From Bacteroidaceae bacterium (GTDB taxonomy: Bacteria; Bacteroidota; Bacteroidia; Bacteroidales; Barnesiellaceae_A): DNA of 64,000 bases. Where the stretch lies: the NCBI GenBank assembly GCA_017410245.1, contig JAFQRE010000017.1:67296-131295 (forward strand), read 5' to 3'. Of the stretch, positions 31,306 to 39,791 are shown one piece after another. Position 1 is the stretch's first letter; each line of letters opens with the position of its first letter. A program made the position numbers and the translations under genes. The notes below the pieces were generated by a model, which was given only the letters and a program-made list of their open reading frames with translations, was not told the DNA's origin and made no database searches.

Positions 31306-32445
31306 TTAGCCAATAAATGTGCCGGGCAATTCGCGCGAATTGTATTGGCTTGCCATCGATTGGCCATAGGCTCCGGCCGATCTTATAGCTATGAAGTCAC
31401 CTCGCCGGGCTTCGTTGAGCCATACTCCTGTTCCGAAACTATCGGAAGACTCACATATAGGGCCTACCACATCGTATGCTTGTGCGGGCTTATTGGAAGA
31501 GAGGTTTTCTATCTTATGCGATGCTTGGTAGAGTGCCGGTCGCATTAGGTCGGTCATGCCGGCATCGATAATAGCAAATCGCTTGTTGAGCCCCTCTTTA
31601 ATATATAGTATCCGCGCGATGAGAGTTCCGCATTGACACACCACTGAGCGTCCCAACTCAAAGTGCAGCGTCTGACCCGGTTGCAGGTGTATATGTTGTG
31701 CAAATGTGTCAAAGTAAGATTGGAAGTCGGGTATGGAGTCTATATCCGGATTTTCGTAGTTTACCCCCAAACCTCCCCCTACATTTATGTAATCGATAGT
31801 TATCTCTTTACTCAATAGCTCTTTTTGCAACTTGTTTATTACGTTGCAGAGTTGTATGAACGGATTGACCGATGTGATTTGCGACCCGATGTGGAAATGC
31901 AGCCCCCGCAATGTGATGTTGCGCAGTGTTTGCGCATATTCAATAACGTGGTGCATCTGCGTGATGTCTATACCAAACTTGTTTTCGCTTGTGCCGGTGG
32001 TGATATAATGGTGCGTGTGTGCATCGATGTGAGGGTTTATGCGAATGGCTATGGGTGCCACCATTTGCATTTGTCCGGCTATATCGTTGATGACCTCCAG
32101 TTCGGCCGAAGATTCTACATTGAAGCAATCGATACCCAATTGTAGAGCCATGGCAATTTCTTTGTCGGTTTTTCCCACCCCCGAATAGACAATCTTGTCG
32201 GGTGTGATGCCGGCATTAATAGCATGGCGTATCTCTCCACCGCTCACACAATCGGCACCCAGGCCGGCTTGCGCTATGATGCTGAGTAGTGCGGGGTGAC
32301 TATTGGCCTTGAGCGCATAGTGTACTACACTGCCTTTGGGGGCTGTTTGGTGTATGGTGGCTATGGTGTGTTGCAACAGCTGTGTGTCGTAGTAGTAGAA
32401 TGGGGTATCGATTTTTTCAAATTGTTCTATAGGGAAAAGAGCCAT
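31306..32445 (-). CDS. lysA: diaminopimelate decarboxylase
   Basis: 379 aa. PLP-binding region HYALKANSHPALL. GGG motif (NVGGGLGV) and substrate-binding ICESSD. Confidence 0.9.
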   Translation of the reverse strand: MALFPIEQFEKIDTPFYYYDTQLLQHTIATIHQTAPKGSVVHYALKANSHPALLSIIAQAGLGADCVSGGEIRHAINAGITPDKIVYSGVGKTDKEIAMALQLGIDCFNVESSAELEVINDIAGQMQMVAPIAIRINPHIDAHTHHYITTGTSENKFGIDITQMHHVIEYAQTLRNITLRGLHFHIGSQITSVNPFIQLCNVINKLQKELLSKEITIDYINVGGGLGVNYENPDIDSIPDFQSYFDTFAQHIHLQPGQTLHFELGRSVVCQCGTLIARILYIKEGLNKRFAIIDAGMTDLMRPALYQASHKIENLSSNKPAQAYDVVGPICESSDSFGTGVWLNEARRGDFIAIRSAGAYGQSMASQYNSRELPGTFIG

Positions 32446-32471
32446 GCTGAGTAGTCTTATTGTTTTTACAA

Positions 32472-33803
32472 TCAGTCGTCTATGCCAAATATCACTCGGT
32501 TGAGGGCTTGCAGGGCTGCTATTTTATCGTCTTGATGAACAAGGAAAGATATGTTGTAGTTGCTTCCGCCATACGACACCATGCGCACAGGTATCTCTTT
32601 CAGTGCCATCAGGGCTTGTGATACGTAACCTACATTGTGCCATTCGAGGTTGCCCACGATACATATTATCACCATGTTTTCATCGACCATTACCGTACCA
32701 TAATGGCGCAGGCTGTCGAGGATTTCGGGTAGATGACGTTGGTTGTCTATAGTAACCGACACTCCCACCTCAGAGGTAGTTACCATATCGATGGTTGTGT
32801 GATATGTCTCGAATATCTCAAATACTTTGCGTAGAAAACCATGAGCCAATAGTTTGCGTCCCGATTTTATTTTTATGGCAGTAATGTTGTCTTTGGCAGC
32901 AACGGCTTTTATAGCTTGCTCTTTGGGGTTGGCGACGTAGTTTGAGATATAGGTGCCCTGCGCTTGGGGGTCCATAGTATTGAGCAGTCGCACGGGTATG
33001 TTGTTCTGCTTGGCGGGTTGAATACAGGTGGGGTGCAAAATTTTGGCTCCGAAGTAGCCCAACTCGGCAGCCTCCTCAAAGTGAAGGTTGCGCACCGGAC
33101 GGGTGTGCTTGACGTATCGAGGGTCGTTGTTGTGCATACCATCAATATCGGTCCATATCTGTATCTCGTCGGCTCCTATGGCTGCTCCGATGAGCGATGC
33201 CGAGTAGTCGCTACCGCCTCGTTGCAGATTGTCTATCTCGTCGTATGCGTTGCGGCAGATGTATCCTTGCGTGATGTATATGTCGGCATTGTTATTGGTC
33301 TCAAGTAGTTGTTTAAGATGCTTGCGTATATAACCCATGTCGGGTTCGTTATGCCTATTGATGCGCATATAATCGAGCGCCGGCAACAATATTGAGTTGA
33401 TGCCTTGCTCTTGCAAGTATAGGTTCATCATGGCAGTTGATATGAGTTCGCCTTGTGCTAATATTATTTTCTCGTCGAATGTGGTAAACAACTCTTTGAT
33501 GCACTCTCGTATTTGTGCAAAGTTTTCTTTGATGGCAGTGCGAGCTGTCTGTCGATAGCTGTCCGAGTCGTATAGTTCGTCTATCACACTCCAATATAGG
33601 CACTCTAACGAGGCAATTGTTTCGCGAGCACCATCGGCATTGCGTTTGTGCAGGTAGTCGCATATTTCAACGAGTGTATTGGTAGTTCCGGCCATGGCCG
33701 ACAATACTACAATCTTGCGCTCGTTGTTGCATATTTGCTCAGCTACAATTTTCATGCGTCGGGCACTACCTACCGAAGTGCCTCCAAACTTCAATACTTT
33801 CAT
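32472..33803 (-). CDS. lysC: aspartate kinase
   Basis: 443 aa. MKVLKFGGTSVG kinase start and C-terminal ACT-like region. Adjacent to lysA. Confidence 0.9.
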   Translation of the reverse strand: MKVLKFGGTSVGSARRMKIVAEQICNNERKIVVLSAMAGTTNTLVEICDYLHKRNADGARETIASLECLYWSVIDELYDSDSYRQTARTAIKENFAQIRECIKELFTTFDEKIILAQGELISTAMMNLYLQEQGINSILLPALDYMRINRHNEPDMGYIRKHLKQLLETNNNADIYITQGYICRNAYDEIDNLQRGGSDYSASLIGAAIGADEIQIWTDIDGMHNNDPRYVKHTRPVRNLHFEEAAELGYFGAKILHPTCIQPAKQNNIPVRLLNTMDPQAQGTYISNYVANPKEQAIKAVAAKDNITAIKIKSGRKLLAHGFLRKVFEIFETYHTTIDMVTTSEVGVSVTIDNQRHLPEILDSLRHYGTVMVDENMVIICIVGNLEWHNVGYVSQALMALKEIPVRMVSYGGSNYNISFLVHQDDKIAALQALNRVIFGIDD

Positions 33804-33847
33804 CTTTCTTTACTACTGATATGCAATGTATTGCTATATTGGGTGTG

Positions 33848-34519
33848 TTATAACTCTTCGAGAAGATGGTTTTCGCAACGGTATATGCGCCCGGGAAAAT
33901 CGTCGCAGAACGAGAGGTTGTGAGTGGACATGATAACGGCAGTGCCCGACTTCGATATGCGATAGAGTAAATTGACGATTTGTAGGCCTGTTTGGTGGTC
34001 GAGGTTACCGGTAGGCTCATCGGCTAAGATAATTTGCGGATTGTTGAGTAGAGCACGTGCTATAGCTATGCGTTGTTGTTCGCCACCCGACAGTTCGTGT
34101 GGCATACGGTATGCTTTCTTTGACATACCTACTTGGGCGAGTACCTCTTCAACGCGCGCTTCCATTTCATCGCTTTTCTTCCAACCGGTGGCCCGTAAAA
34201 CAAAATCGAGGTTTTCGCGAACCGTACGGTCGGTAAGTAATTGGAAGTCTTGGAATACAATGCCAAGTTTGCGACGTAAATAGGGGACTTCGCGTTCGCG
34301 TATGCATGTCATATCGTAGCCCAAGACGTTGGCTCGTTGGGCTGTTACCGGAAGATCGGCATACATGGTCTTTAACAGACTGCTTTTGCCACTGCCTACA
34401 CGACCTATCAAGTAGACATACTCGCCGGCATGCAACTTGAAATTGACCTCTTTCAGTACCGGAAGATCTTCGCGAAGTACCTCGGCATTGCTATACTCTA
34501 TGAGTAAATCATTAGACAT
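33848..34519 (-). CDS. ftsE: ABC transporter ATP-binding protein, FtsE-like
   Basis: 223 aa. Walker [13 protein letters not shown] signature LSGGEQQR and Walker [12 protein letters not shown]. No ftsX is adjacent. Confidence 0.7.
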   Translation of the reverse strand: MSNDLLIEYSNAEVLREDLPVLKEVNFKLHAGEYVYLIGRVGSGKSSLLKTMYADLPVTAQRANVLGYDMTCIREREVPYLRRKLGIVFQDFQLLTDRTVRENLDFVLRATGWKKSDEMEARVEEVLAQVGMSKKAYRMPHELSGGEQQRIAIARALLNNPQIILADEPTGNLDHQTGLQIVNLLYRISKSGTAVIMSTHNLSFCDDFPGRIYRCENHLLEEL

Positions 34520-34539
34520 AGTTCTATCTATTAATGGTT

Positions 34540-35139
34540 TTATTGCTTCCCGGCTTCAATAAGGAGGCTGTCTATTACTTGTGTCATGCGGGCAAATTCT
34601 TCTTCGTCATATAGGCGAGTCATCATGACTATACGACCATCGGTATCGACAATTACATTGCGAGTGATACCGGCCAATCTGTGTGCGTAGCGGCAGAAGA
34701 TTTCGCCACCCTCATCGAGCAGTAGGGGATAAGTTACACCGGTCTTTTGGGCAAATTGCAATACGGTGCTGTCGGGTTCATCGCGATCTATGCCCAGCAA
34801 TGCAAAGTGCTCATTGTCTTTATGGCGTTGCCATATCTGCTTCTCTATTTCGGGCATCTCTTTGCGACAAACTCCACACCAAGATGCAGTGAATTGTAGC
34901 ATTACCACGCGCTTGTCTTTATAATCGGATAGTCTTACTTGCTCGCCGGTGCCCGCTACGACTGCACTGAAGTCGGGAGCAATATCGCCTATCTCAACGA
35001 TGTAGCCTCGCTCATCGGGTACTATGGTGTCGGTTGTTGCAATGGTGTCGGCGTTGATGTCGGTTGTTTCACTCTTTTTATTGCCGCTGCAGCCCATCAT
35101 CAGAGCCAATGCAACTACTGCATAATGTATCTTTTTCAT
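34540..35139 (-). CDS. TlpA family thiol-disulfide oxidoreductase, lipoprotein
   Basis: Signal peptide and lipobox LMMGCSG. Thioredoxin-fold active site WCGVC. Confidence 0.78.
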   Translation of the reverse strand: MKKIHYAVVALALMMGCSGNKKSETTDINADTIATTDTIVPDERGYIVEIGDIAPDFSAVVAGTGEQVRLSDYKDKRVVMLQFTASWCGVCRKEMPEIEKQIWQRHKDNEHFALLGIDRDEPDSTVLQFAQKTGVTYPLLLDEGGEIFCRYAHRLAGITRNVIVDTDGRIVMMTRLYDEEEFARMTQVIDSLLIEAGKQ

Positions 35140-35223
35140 GACTTATTGTTTTACGAGTTTATTATCTGCGAAGATACGATTAATTCCTGTTAATATCAAT
35201 AAGAAATAATTATAATTAGAAAT

Positions 35224-35262
35224 AAAAAAAGACCGACAACCTCGATGATGATGTTGTCGGTC
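35224..35262 (-). terminator. rho-independent terminator downstream of tRNA-Pro
   Basis: 10-bp stem gaccgacaac/gttgtcggtc followed on the minus strand by a 7-nt T-run. Confidence 0.65.
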
Positions 35263-35271
35263 TTATCAATC

Positions 35272-35348
35272 TGGTCGGGGTGACAGGATTCGAACCTGCG
35301 ACCCCCTGGTCCCAAACCAGGTGCGCTACCGGACTGCGCTACGCCCCG
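35272..35348 (-). tRNA. trnP: tRNA-Pro (anticodon TGG), CCA encoded
   Basis: The reverse complement is cggggcgtagcgcagtccggtagcgcacctggtTTGGGaccagggggtcgcaggttcgaatcctgtcaccccgacca. The anticodon loop is tTTGGGa. There is one C6-A67 mismatch in the acceptor stem. Confidence 0.87.
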
Positions 35349-35365
35349 ATGCTCTGTTGAGCGCA

Positions 35366-35373
35366 CAAAAGTA
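35366..35373 (-). promoter_or_regulatory. candidate -7 box TAnnTTTG for tRNA-Pro
   Basis: The minus strand reads tacttttg, ending 17 nt upstream of the mature tRNA 5' end. Confidence 0.35.
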
Positions 35374-35577
35374 CACTTTTTATTTGAACCATGCAAATAA
35401 ATTTGCGATATTGCGAAAAAATGATTTTTATACAAGTGCTATGAGTGGTAAACATGTACCTTAATGATTGAGTCGCCATTATAATTATAAGGTATGTGTT
35501 AAATAATTTCGTAATGCGCTATTTTTATATTATCTTCGCAACATAATACATTTTTTTAATATTCAATCATATCCAAT

Positions 35578-36894
35578 ATGCGCCGATTTATTTTCCTTAC
35601 AGTGTTGGTATTCCTGTCGATAATTCCTATGCAATCGCAAGATAAAGCATTGACAGATAGTGTGGTAATGTTGCCCGATTCGATGGCTTTCATTGCCGAT
35701 GTAAATGATATCTTGAGTAGCGATATGCCCGATTATGCAACAAGTGTGCTCTTTATGCCTCTTGTGTTTGAGAAGCATGAGACAATACCCTACGAGCAAC
35801 TTGCCGTAGAGCAGATGCCTATTATGCCTGTAGTCAAGCAGATAGATAAGCGCGTGATAGTTGCCGACGAGAACTCGTGGGTGGTGCGTGCTGCGCGTCA
35901 GTCGATGCGCCTTCGTGCCGCGCGTAATAGCTTTATTTACAATCGCCCCGATCTTGTTAAGTATAACCTCGATAACCTGCCCAAGGCTCCTAAAGAGTAT
36001 GTGATAATAAATGACCCTACCAAGCAGACTGTAACTATAGTAGAGAAGTCTACGCTGCCTACAACATCTTCTTTGGAGAAAAAACAGGTAAAGGTGAAAC
36101 GTTGGAAACCTTCATTCAGTAGCAATATACAAGTATCGCAAGTATTTGTGTCGAAGAATTGGTATCAAGGTGGTAATAGTAGCTTGAACTTGCTGAGCGA
36201 CCAACTCTTTACACTCAATTATATCGACCCGAATGGTATGCTGTTGTTTGAAAATCTTGTGCAGTGGAAGTTTAACTTGACTACATCGGCCGAGGATACA
36301 GTACATAGCGTGCGTGTTAGCGAGGATTTGTTCCAAATCAACTCAAAATTTGGTTATAAGGCCTTTGGAAAATGGTACTATTCGGCATCAATGTTGTTCA
36401 AGACGCAGTTGCTTACCAACTATGCCCCCAACTCGCGTGTCAAGGAAGCAGAGTTCTTCTCGCCCGGTGAGTTGAATGTGGGTCTTGGTATGTCGTATTC
36501 GCATAGCTATAGTGAGCCTGTTAAGTTGTCACACACACTTACCTTGTCGCCCCTCTCATACAACCTGCGCTTCGTAGCATTGCCCGAAATAGATCCTACA
36601 CGATTTGGTATAGAAACTGGTCGTGCTCGTAATGAGTTCGGTTCTTCGCTCGACTATACAATGACCTGGGATATACGTTATAATGTGCGATGGATGAGCC
36701 ATATATATGCATTTACCAATTATAGCAATGTATTGTTTGAATGGACCAACTCTCTCGATTTTGCATTCTCTACATATTTCTCGGCACGTCTTTACCTCGA
36801 CCTGCGATATGACAATAGTGTAGCACCCGATGCTACATTGGGTTTCTGGCAAATCAAAGAGTTGCTCAGTGTCGGATTTTCGTATAAGATATAG
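35578..36894 (+). CDS. DUF3078-like outer membrane protein
   Basis: 438 aa with signal peptide MRRFIFLTVLVFLSIIPMQSQ. NWYQGGNSSLNLL motif and alternating beta-strand pattern recalled from DUF3078. Not verified. Confidence 0.5.
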   Translation: MRRFIFLTVLVFLSIIPMQSQDKALTDSVVMLPDSMAFIADVNDILSSDMPDYATSVLFMPLVFEKHETIPYEQLAVEQMPIMPVVKQIDKRVIVADENSWVVRAARQSMRLRAARNSFIYNRPDLVKYNLDNLPKAPKEYVIINDPTKQTVTIVEKSTLPTTSSLEKKQVKVKRWKPSFSSNIQVSQVFVSKNWYQGGNSSLNLLSDQLFTLNYIDPNGMLLFENLVQWKFNLTTSAEDTVHSVRVSEDLFQINSKFGYKAFGKWYYSASMLFKTQLLTNYAPNSRVKEAEFFSPGELNVGLGMSYSHSYSEPVKLSHTLTLSPLSYNLRFVALPEIDPTRFGIETGRARNEFGSSLDYTMTWDIRYNVRWMSHIYAFTNYSNVLFEWTNSLDFAFSTYFSARLYLDLRYDNSVAPDATLGFWQIKELLSVGFSYKI

Positions 36895-36906
36895 TGTGTT
36901 GAAAGC

Positions 36907-37482
36907 ATGCGAGGAAGCTCTCATAATATATGGTTGAGCTTGGTTCTACTCTTCTTGATGTCGGGCTGTAATACAGCCCTCAATCAGATGAAAGTGATAG
37001 GCTATCCCGGTATGGAGGTGCATGAGCCTCTCGACCGTGATGAGTTTGTGGCATATCTCGACTCGGCAGCTATTGACGATTGGGAAGGATTGTGGCTCAT
37101 GGTAGGTCCGGGTGTACATAATTACCTCGCTATTGAACGCATTAATGACCGCAATGACAATGCTTACTATACGCATCGCATCAGATTGTGGAGTAATTTG
37201 AGTGTACACGACCCTATGACTTTGGCTTCGATAGATGTAGTAGGTTCGCCAGGTTTGTTGGTGGGCTATTTAGGACAGAGTCTTTTAGATTATACCAAGT
37301 ATATGACTCTATTGGGCGGTGTAGTGTGGAAACAGGGTGAGACCAATATGTTAGTAGAGCTTGACGAAACGCGACGTTATATAATCTTCAATAAGCCTCG
37401 TATAAAGAAAAAGTTTGGTATGCGACGCATCTATCCTATACGCGATGCCGTAGAGCGTGAGTACAAGGTGCGTTATTTGTAG
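36907..37482 (+). CDS. hypothetical lipoprotein
   Basis: 191 aa with lipobox LFLMSGC. Starts 13 nt after the DUF3078-like gene. No recognisable family. Confidence 0.45.
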   Translation: MRGSSHNIWLSLVLLFLMSGCNTALNQMKVIGYPGMEVHEPLDRDEFVAYLDSAAIDDWEGLWLMVGPGVHNYLAIERINDRNDNAYYTHRIRLWSNLSVHDPMTLASIDVVGSPGLLVGYLGQSLLDYTKYMTLLGGVVWKQGETNMLVELDETRRYIIFNKPRIKKKFGMRRIYPIRDAVEREYKVRYL

Positions 37483-37487
37483 TGCGA

Positions 37488-37931
37488 TTAGTCGAGCTTT
37501 ACACAATGATAGCAATGGTTGTTATATTCCAGTACCATGTTGTCGCTATCGAGGTTCTTTACGATAAATAGAGGCGACAGTTTGTCGATATATAAGTGTT
37601 CGAGACTAACCAGTGTGGCTACAGTGTCTTGTTTGGTATCGATATCATTACCCCAATAGTTGTAGATGTTGAGCATAAGATTGTTGTCGGGACGACGATA
37701 CAAACCGGTGTATGAGATTGTCTCGAATGATGTGTAATTTACCTTGCGTATCTGAAAAATGTCTGATTGAAAGGCCAAAAATACGGTGTCACACTCTTCT
37801 ACTTGTGTCCCGGTGGTAATTTGCTCCAATCGCCATTGCCCGTATAAATGACCTATATCGCCACCATTGTGCATACATGCAGTAGAAAACATGGTGAGTA
37901 TGATTGCTATGAAATATATGATGTGCTTCAT
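37488..37931 (-). CDS. lipocalin-like domain-containing lipoprotein
   Basis: 147 aa with lipobox FSTAC. LYGQWRLEQI start typical of small Bacteroidota lipocalin-like proteins. Starts 5 nt downstream of the Wzi-like gene. Confidence 0.5.
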   Translation of the reverse strand: MKHIIYFIAIILTMFSTACMHNGGDIGHLYGQWRLEQITTGTQVEECDTVFLAFQSDIFQIRKVNYTSFETISYTGLYRRPDNNLMLNIYNYWGNDIDTKQDTVATLVSLEHLYIDKLSPLFIVKNLDSDNMVLEYNNHCYHCVKLD

Positions 37932-37936
37932 GTTGC

Positions 37937-39487
37937 TTACTTTTGTTTATGGCCGAATGTAAATAGATTGCCGCTCTTGACTACTCTGATACTTAAACCC
38001 ATGTTGTTGCCAATGAGATTGCCGGCATCGGCTGCAATGGCTGCGCAAAATTCCCAACCTTTGAGCTGTGTGGGTGTATATGTACACTCTATAAGCATAG
38101 AGCCTTGGCACAAATCTTCTACAGCCGGTACGAATGGTGTACCCCACGCTTGTCGGTATGAACCCATGATACGATACTTCCAATCGTGTGCTACGTATCC
38201 TTGTATGGCAATATGACAACCATTGACACGTGTGTTGAGGTATCGCATATAGCCATTGGTATTGTACATAATTGATGGCGACATGGGTGTGCCCATACCA
38301 AATCCTTCTTGTTGCCAACCATTGTAGTGGTAGTTGTTGTAGTAATCGTCGCCTCCCGAGGTCTGTGTGGTGACTTGAGTGCCCGGGAAGTCGGTCGGTT
38401 GCCAAGGAATTGGGCCGCTTTGATTGTTTAACCCAACATATTCAACAACAACATCGGACAGTAACGAACGGCGATGGGTGTGGTATGCAATGCCCCATAG
38501 ACCATCAAAACCATTCAGTTTTGCCATACCCGATCCATCTTCATATATCCATTGTGTATATGCTCTCAGTTCGGTGCCGTCTTTGAAGGTGTACTCGGCA
38601 GCCATATTGATCGCACCCACATGGTTGCCATATACAAAGAGTTGGTCGCCAATCGATTCGTTTGAGTCTCCGGCACTAGGGAAGAATGCTTGAGCAAAAG
38701 ATTTCAGTGTAATATTGGACTTTGACGAAGAGGTAAGCTCTCCGTTGTTGTATTTTTGGTTATCTCCACCAAATTGTACGCCATCTTCCAAGCCTATTGT
38801 AAAAACAAATGGCATATTGGGGTTGCTACGGAAGTATAGCGACTTGTAGTGGTAGTATAAATTGGTGGTAATAAATGATGAATAGTAGCTGTAATGGTCG
38901 CGTAGGTATTTGTCACCCAGCAACTTGCCATATGCAATATCTCCTTTTATCTGGGCCCAGCCGTTGGTAAACGGGATATCGACAAAACGATGAAATCCGG
39001 CCTTGATTTGTGGTATGGGGCGACTATTGCCCGAGTGAACCAGATTTCCCGAAGTGAGTCCATGACCTGTGATGATATTCTCATGCGCATTCTCGCGCAT
39101 ACCTACCGATAGAAATAAGGCTTGATACTTAATATCGGCATATAACTGCTGAATACGCAGTATTTGCGGGCGATTGTATATGGTTGTAAACGCCCCATTT
39201 TCCCAACGTTGGGTAGGTGAGGTAGTTTCGTAGTTGCCCATCAAATCTATTCCGGCAGCATAAGAGAAGCGTTTGGTACTGTCCATCTCTATAAAAGCAC
39301 CGGCTCGCAAATAGGCTCCGCACCCATTTGCTACTATTCCGTATGTATTGGCAGTCATATAGTAGGGCGCAAATGTGCCTGTAGCGGCGTGTGCCATAGT
39401 CTCGAGTCTATAGCTCACACCATCTTGTGCCACACCTATACAATGGAACAAGAAAAGGCAGATGATAGTAAGTGCGATTTTTCTCAT
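37937..39487 (-). CDS. wzi: capsule assembly Wzi family outer membrane protein
   Basis: The start is moved to the internal ATG (MRKIALTIICLFLFHCIGVAQ signal peptide). Large Y/G-rich beta-barrel-like sequence recalled as Bacteroidales Wzi family. Not verified. Confidence 0.55.
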   Translation of the reverse strand: MRKIALTIICLFLFHCIGVAQDGVSYRLETMAHAATGTFAPYYMTANTYGIVANGCGAYLRAGAFIEMDSTKRFSYAAGIDLMGNYETTSPTQRWENGAFTTIYNRPQILRIQQLYADIKYQALFLSVGMRENAHENIITGHGLTSGNLVHSGNSRPIPQIKAGFHRFVDIPFTNGWAQIKGDIAYGKLLGDKYLRDHYSYYSSFITTNLYYHYKSLYFRSNPNMPFVFTIGLEDGVQFGGDNQKYNNGELTSSSKSNITLKSFAQAFFPSAGDSNESIGDQLFVYGNHVGAINMAAEYTFKDGTELRAYTQWIYEDGSGMAKLNGFDGLWGIAYHTHRRSLLSDVVVEYVGLNNQSGPIPWQPTDFPGTQVTTQTSGGDDYYNNYHYNGWQQEGFGMGTPMSPSIMYNTNGYMRYLNTRVNGCHIAIQGYVAHDWKYRIMGSYRQAWGTPFVPAVEDLCQGSMLIECTYTPTQLKGWEFCAAIAADAGNLIGNNMGLSIRVVKSGNLFTFGHKQK

Positions 39488-39669
39488 TGCGTTGTGCCAA
39501 TTTTTGTGCAAAAATAATACTTTTTCGACAATTATGTTTATGTAAAAACATAACATTCGATATGGCGGTATTGCAAAATCTTGCTAAACGCCAAAATAAT
39601 GTTGCAAAAATATATTCTAACAGATTGAAATTTAACACATGAAATGGTCGCTTTTGTTTAATTTATTCA

Positions 39670-39677
39670 TATATTTG
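39670..39677 (+). promoter_or_regulatory. candidate -7 box TAnnTTTG upstream of the giant T9SS gene pair
   Basis: tatatttg lies 115 nt upstream of the ATG at 39792. Confidence 0.25.
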
Positions 39678-39791
39678 TCTATGGTTGTGAATGAATATCC
39701 AATTATGCCGATTTTTATCTACTTAAAGGGATAAGAGACTTTGTATAAATTACTAATATCTTGAAATAATAATAACTAAATACCATCTATT

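Noticed and set aside
33804-33847. A possible lysine riboswitch (L-box) upstream of lysC-lysA.
   Set aside because: The spacer between ftsE-like and lysC is only 44 nt, far too short for an L-box aptamer of about 180 nt. No conserved L-box helices are visible.
35272-35348. The C6-A67 mismatch in the tRNA-Pro acceptor stem, considered as a sign of a pseudo-tRNA.
   Set aside because: All other stems, the anticodon loop, the T-loop and the encoded CCA are intact. A promoter box and a terminator flank the gene. A single acceptor mismatch is tolerated in functional tRNAs.
39488-39556. N-terminal extensions of the Wzi-like ORF (23 codons) and, at 52435-52476, of the copy-2 beta-barrel ORF (14 codons).
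   Set aside because: The internal ATGs give canonical signal peptides (MRKIALTIICLFLF..., MKNRIKSIGCMLLL...). The extensions are non-signal-like sequence.
39557-39791. A possible invertible (phase-variable) promoter upstream of the giant T9SS genes, as known for Bacteroides surface loci.
   Set aside because: I found no pair of inverted repeats flanking the region, only short ttgcaaaa direct repeats. No recombinase gene is nearby.
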